Origin: Chiloscyllium plagiosum | Taxonomy: Eukaryota | Direction: 5' to 3' | DNA length: 64,000 nt | Assembly: GCF_004010195.1 (NCBI RefSeq) | Contig: NC_057718.1 | Span: 11,401,134-11,465,133, forward strand | In this document: piece after piece, positions 60,613 to 64,000 of the stretch | How the letters are laid out: every line of letters starts with the position of its first letter | Numbering within the stretch: the first letter of the stretch is position 1 | Made by a program: the position numbers and the translations under genes | Notes under the pieces: generated by a model | What the model was told of the DNA's origin: nothing | Databases searched by the model: none | Seen by the model: the letters and a program-made list of their open reading frames with translations, nothing else

Positions 60613-61209
60613 CACTATGGCTCCATGGTTATGGTGGGCTAAGTACAGTGGTTTGCCATTGTCTTTTGTTAATCACTGACAAGAAGACCCTCCAAATCTT
60701 ACCACCTGCCATTGCTGTATGTTGGAAGGATTTACAAACTGGTACTCAATCAGTCAGGCTCTGTTATAAAACCATATTACAAAAAGTACTGGGCAAGGAC
60801 TTGAACTTAGAGGTTCCGACTCAAAGGTGAGGACACTCAGGAGATCTTTCCAGGGATAGCCGAGAGCTGCCAAAGTGAAGTTAATATTGGAAAAACTAAT
60901 GTCGATGCCTTGGTGTGTGTGGGATCTTTGTGGGCAGATTTTTTTTCTCTTCAATGTCACTAATGAGCATTCTCCAGGCCGTTGGATCCATTCTGCGATT
61001 ACCTTTTGGCAGGACGATGACTAGCTAGCTCAGCAAAATAATCTGTTCCGTTGACAAGCCCCCCCACACACAGAAGACAATCACCCAGATGCCAGCCATC
61101 ACCCAAATGCCAACCATCACCAGATGCCAGCCAATCGACAGGTTGCGCTGGGGAGGGTCAGCCAGATCCCACACTGAAGTGGAGGACAAATCTCTGAGTC
61201 AAAAGTGGG

Positions 61210-61340
61210 GCAAGTTAAAAATCACTCAACACCTAGCTTTCGGAGCATTGGTGCTTCCAAATAAACCTGTTGGACTATAACTTGGTGTTGTGTGATTTTT
61301 AACTTTGTCCATCCACGTCCAACACCAGCTCCTCCACATT
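61210..61340. mobile_element. Probable third PLE-tail family, palindromic remnant
   Basis: aagttaaaaatcactcaacacc (61212-61233) inverted with ggtgttgtgtgatttttaactt (61284-61305). Minus-strand gctccgaaagctag half-hammerhead. Confidence 0.5.
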
Positions 61341-61419
61341 AAAGAGGGAAAGTTAGACAAACAGTTGGAGAGAGAGAGGAAGTACAAGACATAGACCTGG
61401 TGGTGGTGTTTCAGAATGT

Positions 61420-61725
61420 TCTCTTCATTCATTCACAGGATGAGGGCATCACTGACTATGTATTGCCCAGAGGGCAATTTAAGAGTCAACCACATTGGCT
61501 GTGGGTCTGGAGTCACATGCAGATTAGACCAGGTAAGGACAACAGTTACCTTCCCTAAAGGGCATTCGTGAAGCAGATGGGCTTTCCCAACAATGGATTC
61601 ATGGTCATCATTAGACTTATTTTTACATGGAATTCAAATTCGACCATTTGCCGTGGCTGGACTCGAACCCGATTCCCAGAATCGGGATTAGCAGCCTGGC
61701 TATAATACCATTGGACCATCTCCTG
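61420..61725 (-). mobile_element. tRNA-derived SINE (6510-6850 family)
   Basis: aagagtcaaccacattggctgtgggtctggagtcacatg...gaattcaaattc...ggactcgaaccc. Confidence 0.8.
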
Positions 61726-63284
61726 CCCAGTAACTGATCAGAGTTTCTGGAAACACAGCTGAAGAGTGCATATGCTGAGCCATGAAATGGGGAGGTGGTG
61801 ATACTGAATTGTTAAAATCTCAAGCTGGGTGGCCCAGAAAGAGCACGGCTGATCCTTCTTCTTTTTGAATCTCAACAGTAAAACAAATGCTTTTTTTTTG
61901 GGCTGCACTGTGAGTGATCTCAAACAGTTTCTCTGCAGCCTTTTGGCTGTGTAGCCAACCATCAATGCAAGTAGACCGTACATGTACAAACACTGTCCAT
62001 TTGTTGTACTGATGCTAATCCGTGCCATCCCACAGACACAGGAGAAGAATACAAACTGGTTTTTGTGTGATTTGGTTGAACAGAAATGAACACTATGGGA
62101 GAATCGCACTAATTGCAGTAATCAGTGAGGAATGTTGGAGCAGCCATGATCCTACTAAATGGCAGAACAAGTCCTTGGGGCCAAATGGCCAACTTCTGCT
62201 TCCTATGGCCCTTATCAGTTACTAGGAGGACTTTAATTGTAAAGACAAAATAATCACAATGCGATCTGAAGAGGCATTACCAGACTTGGAACATTAACTC
62301 TGTTTCTCTCTCTACAGACACTGCCAGACTAGCTGAGTCTCTCCAGCAATCTCTGTGTTTGTTCAAGATCATCTTAAAATGTGTCTAATTGCCATTAATA
62401 AGAACCCTTTGCAATGAAGCTTCTATAAAGCTTCCAAACAGCAGATTCAACACAGATCATGTCTTCAGGTAATTTTTTCCGTGATAGTTTAATGTTATCA
62501 CTGGCACCTCCTCTCTGATTACACTCTGACATTTAAAAAGAGCTAATGTACCGATAGAAAATTATGGGAAATCCCAATTGCTGTATTTCCCAGGCCAAGC
62601 CAATGACTCAGAATTTATAATTATCAAAGTCGATGGCTTACAAATGATTTCCTGACTAGACAAGTGACCCTTTTGGGCCTCAGTCAACTGCTCGTAAAGT
62701 GGAGCTTGTGTTTTCTACAGGCATGTTGTTTTGAAAAGTGTAATGACTTGTGTCCATGTCAATCTGCAGACAGGGATTTACATTATTTTCATGTTTTGGA
62801 TGGACCCGGATTCCATGTATCTCCACGTTTATCAATGGGGCACATCTCACATTCACTCGCAGAACTACAGACAGATATAATCATTTCCCACGCCCAAGCC
62901 ACTGACAAAGGCTCAACTGCAGAATGTGCCATTAGATCTGAATAAAACAGTCCCTTTTCACCCTAGATGTCACATTCCATAAAGTTAGTCCATAACAGGA
63001 ATGAAGAGGTGGATTCCATTTGAACAAACCCATCAATTCAAGAAAATATTATCATTTATCCACTTATAGTATTCAGCTGCACTTCCAAAGTTAATTTAAG
63101 GTTTTTGCTTCCAGTGCCTTATATGAAAGTCCATTCTAAATACTGATCATCCTTTAGGTAAGTGTTTTTTTTTAAAGAGTATTATCCTTCTAATCTGTTT
63201 TTCCACTGATTTGGGAATGCAATAATGTTTGAGTGTAAAGAATAGGACCCTTTGAGGTGTGAGGTGATCATAGATAGATATTAG

Positions 63285-63703
63285 TGTCATAGGGTCAGAG
63301 AGATATACAACATGGAAACAGACCCTTCAGTCCAACTTGGCCATGCCAACCAGATTTTCTAGATTAATCTAGTACCACTTGCCAGCATTTGACCCATATC
63401 CTTCTCAACCCTCCTATTCATATACTCATCTAGATGCCTTTTAAATACTGTAATTGTACCAGCTTCCATCATTTCATCTGGCAGCTTGTTTCATACATGC
63501 ACCACCCTCTGCGTGAAAAAGTTGCCCCTTAGGGCTCTTTTATATCTTTCCCCTCTCACCCTAAACCTATGCCCTCTAGTCCTGGACTCCTCCACCCCAG
63601 GGAAAAGACCTTGTCTATTTACCATATCCACATCCCTCATGATTTTTAAAACCTCAATAATGTCACCCCTCAGCCACCGACGCTCCAGGGAAAATAGCCC
63701 TGT
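63285..63703 (-). mobile_element. HER1-like CR1 3' fragment
   Basis: GLFSLERRWLRGDIIEVLKIMRD...ESRTRGHRFRVRGERYKR...FFTQRVV. Confidence 0.9.
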
Positions 63704-63767
63704 CAGCCAATCAGAGGGCCACCGGGATGCCAGGAGATAATACCAGACTAACCACATGAGTACGTGC

Positions 63768-63890
63768 GGAGAAGGTGAGGACTGCAGATGCTGGAGATCA
63801 GAGTCGAAGCATGTGGTGCTGGAAAAGCACAGCCAGTCAGGCAGCACCCGAGGAGCAGGGGAATCGACGTTTTGAGTATGAGCTTTTCGT
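63768..63890 (-). mobile_element. PLE tail
   Basis: ggagaaggtgaggactgcagatgctggagatcagagtc...gaatcgacgttt. Confidence 0.8.
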
Positions 63891-64000
63891 CACACGAATG
63901 CACACTGACTGTAGCAAGGCTCACATGATCTAACAGGCTCCAAAGTGAGACCGGGTAGGATCACAGCCAACAATGCAGCCCTCCCTCATGAGCTCAATGT

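Overview
Eukaryotic non-coding DNA from a cartilaginous fish, probably a shark. This is inferred from recognisable HE1-type SINEs, HER1/CR1-type LINEs and a SacSINE1/Deu-type SINE. I could not support any host protein-coding exon, rRNA, tRNA gene or CRISPR array. The window is a dense, nested retroelement mosaic: many CR1 3' fragments, a decayed 5'-truncated L1 (about 46.7-51.6 kb, minus strand), a Rex1/Babar fragment, several tRNA-derived SINE families, two solo-LTR-like segments and a ~9 kb array of a 37-bp monomer (12252-21235) with higher-order block duplications. The most interesting system is a Penelope-like element (PLE, GIY-YIG fragment at 26.7-27.8 kb) whose ~130-bp 3' tail is scattered through the window as short, often head-to-head inverted insertions with 12-16 bp target duplications. 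These tails carry minimal type I hammerhead ribozyme motifs, several with an intact core (380-415, 96-129, 6091-6130, 6371-6410, 30705-30739). Family names come from my recall of consensus sequences and motifs, not from a database search, and most element boundaries are approximate.
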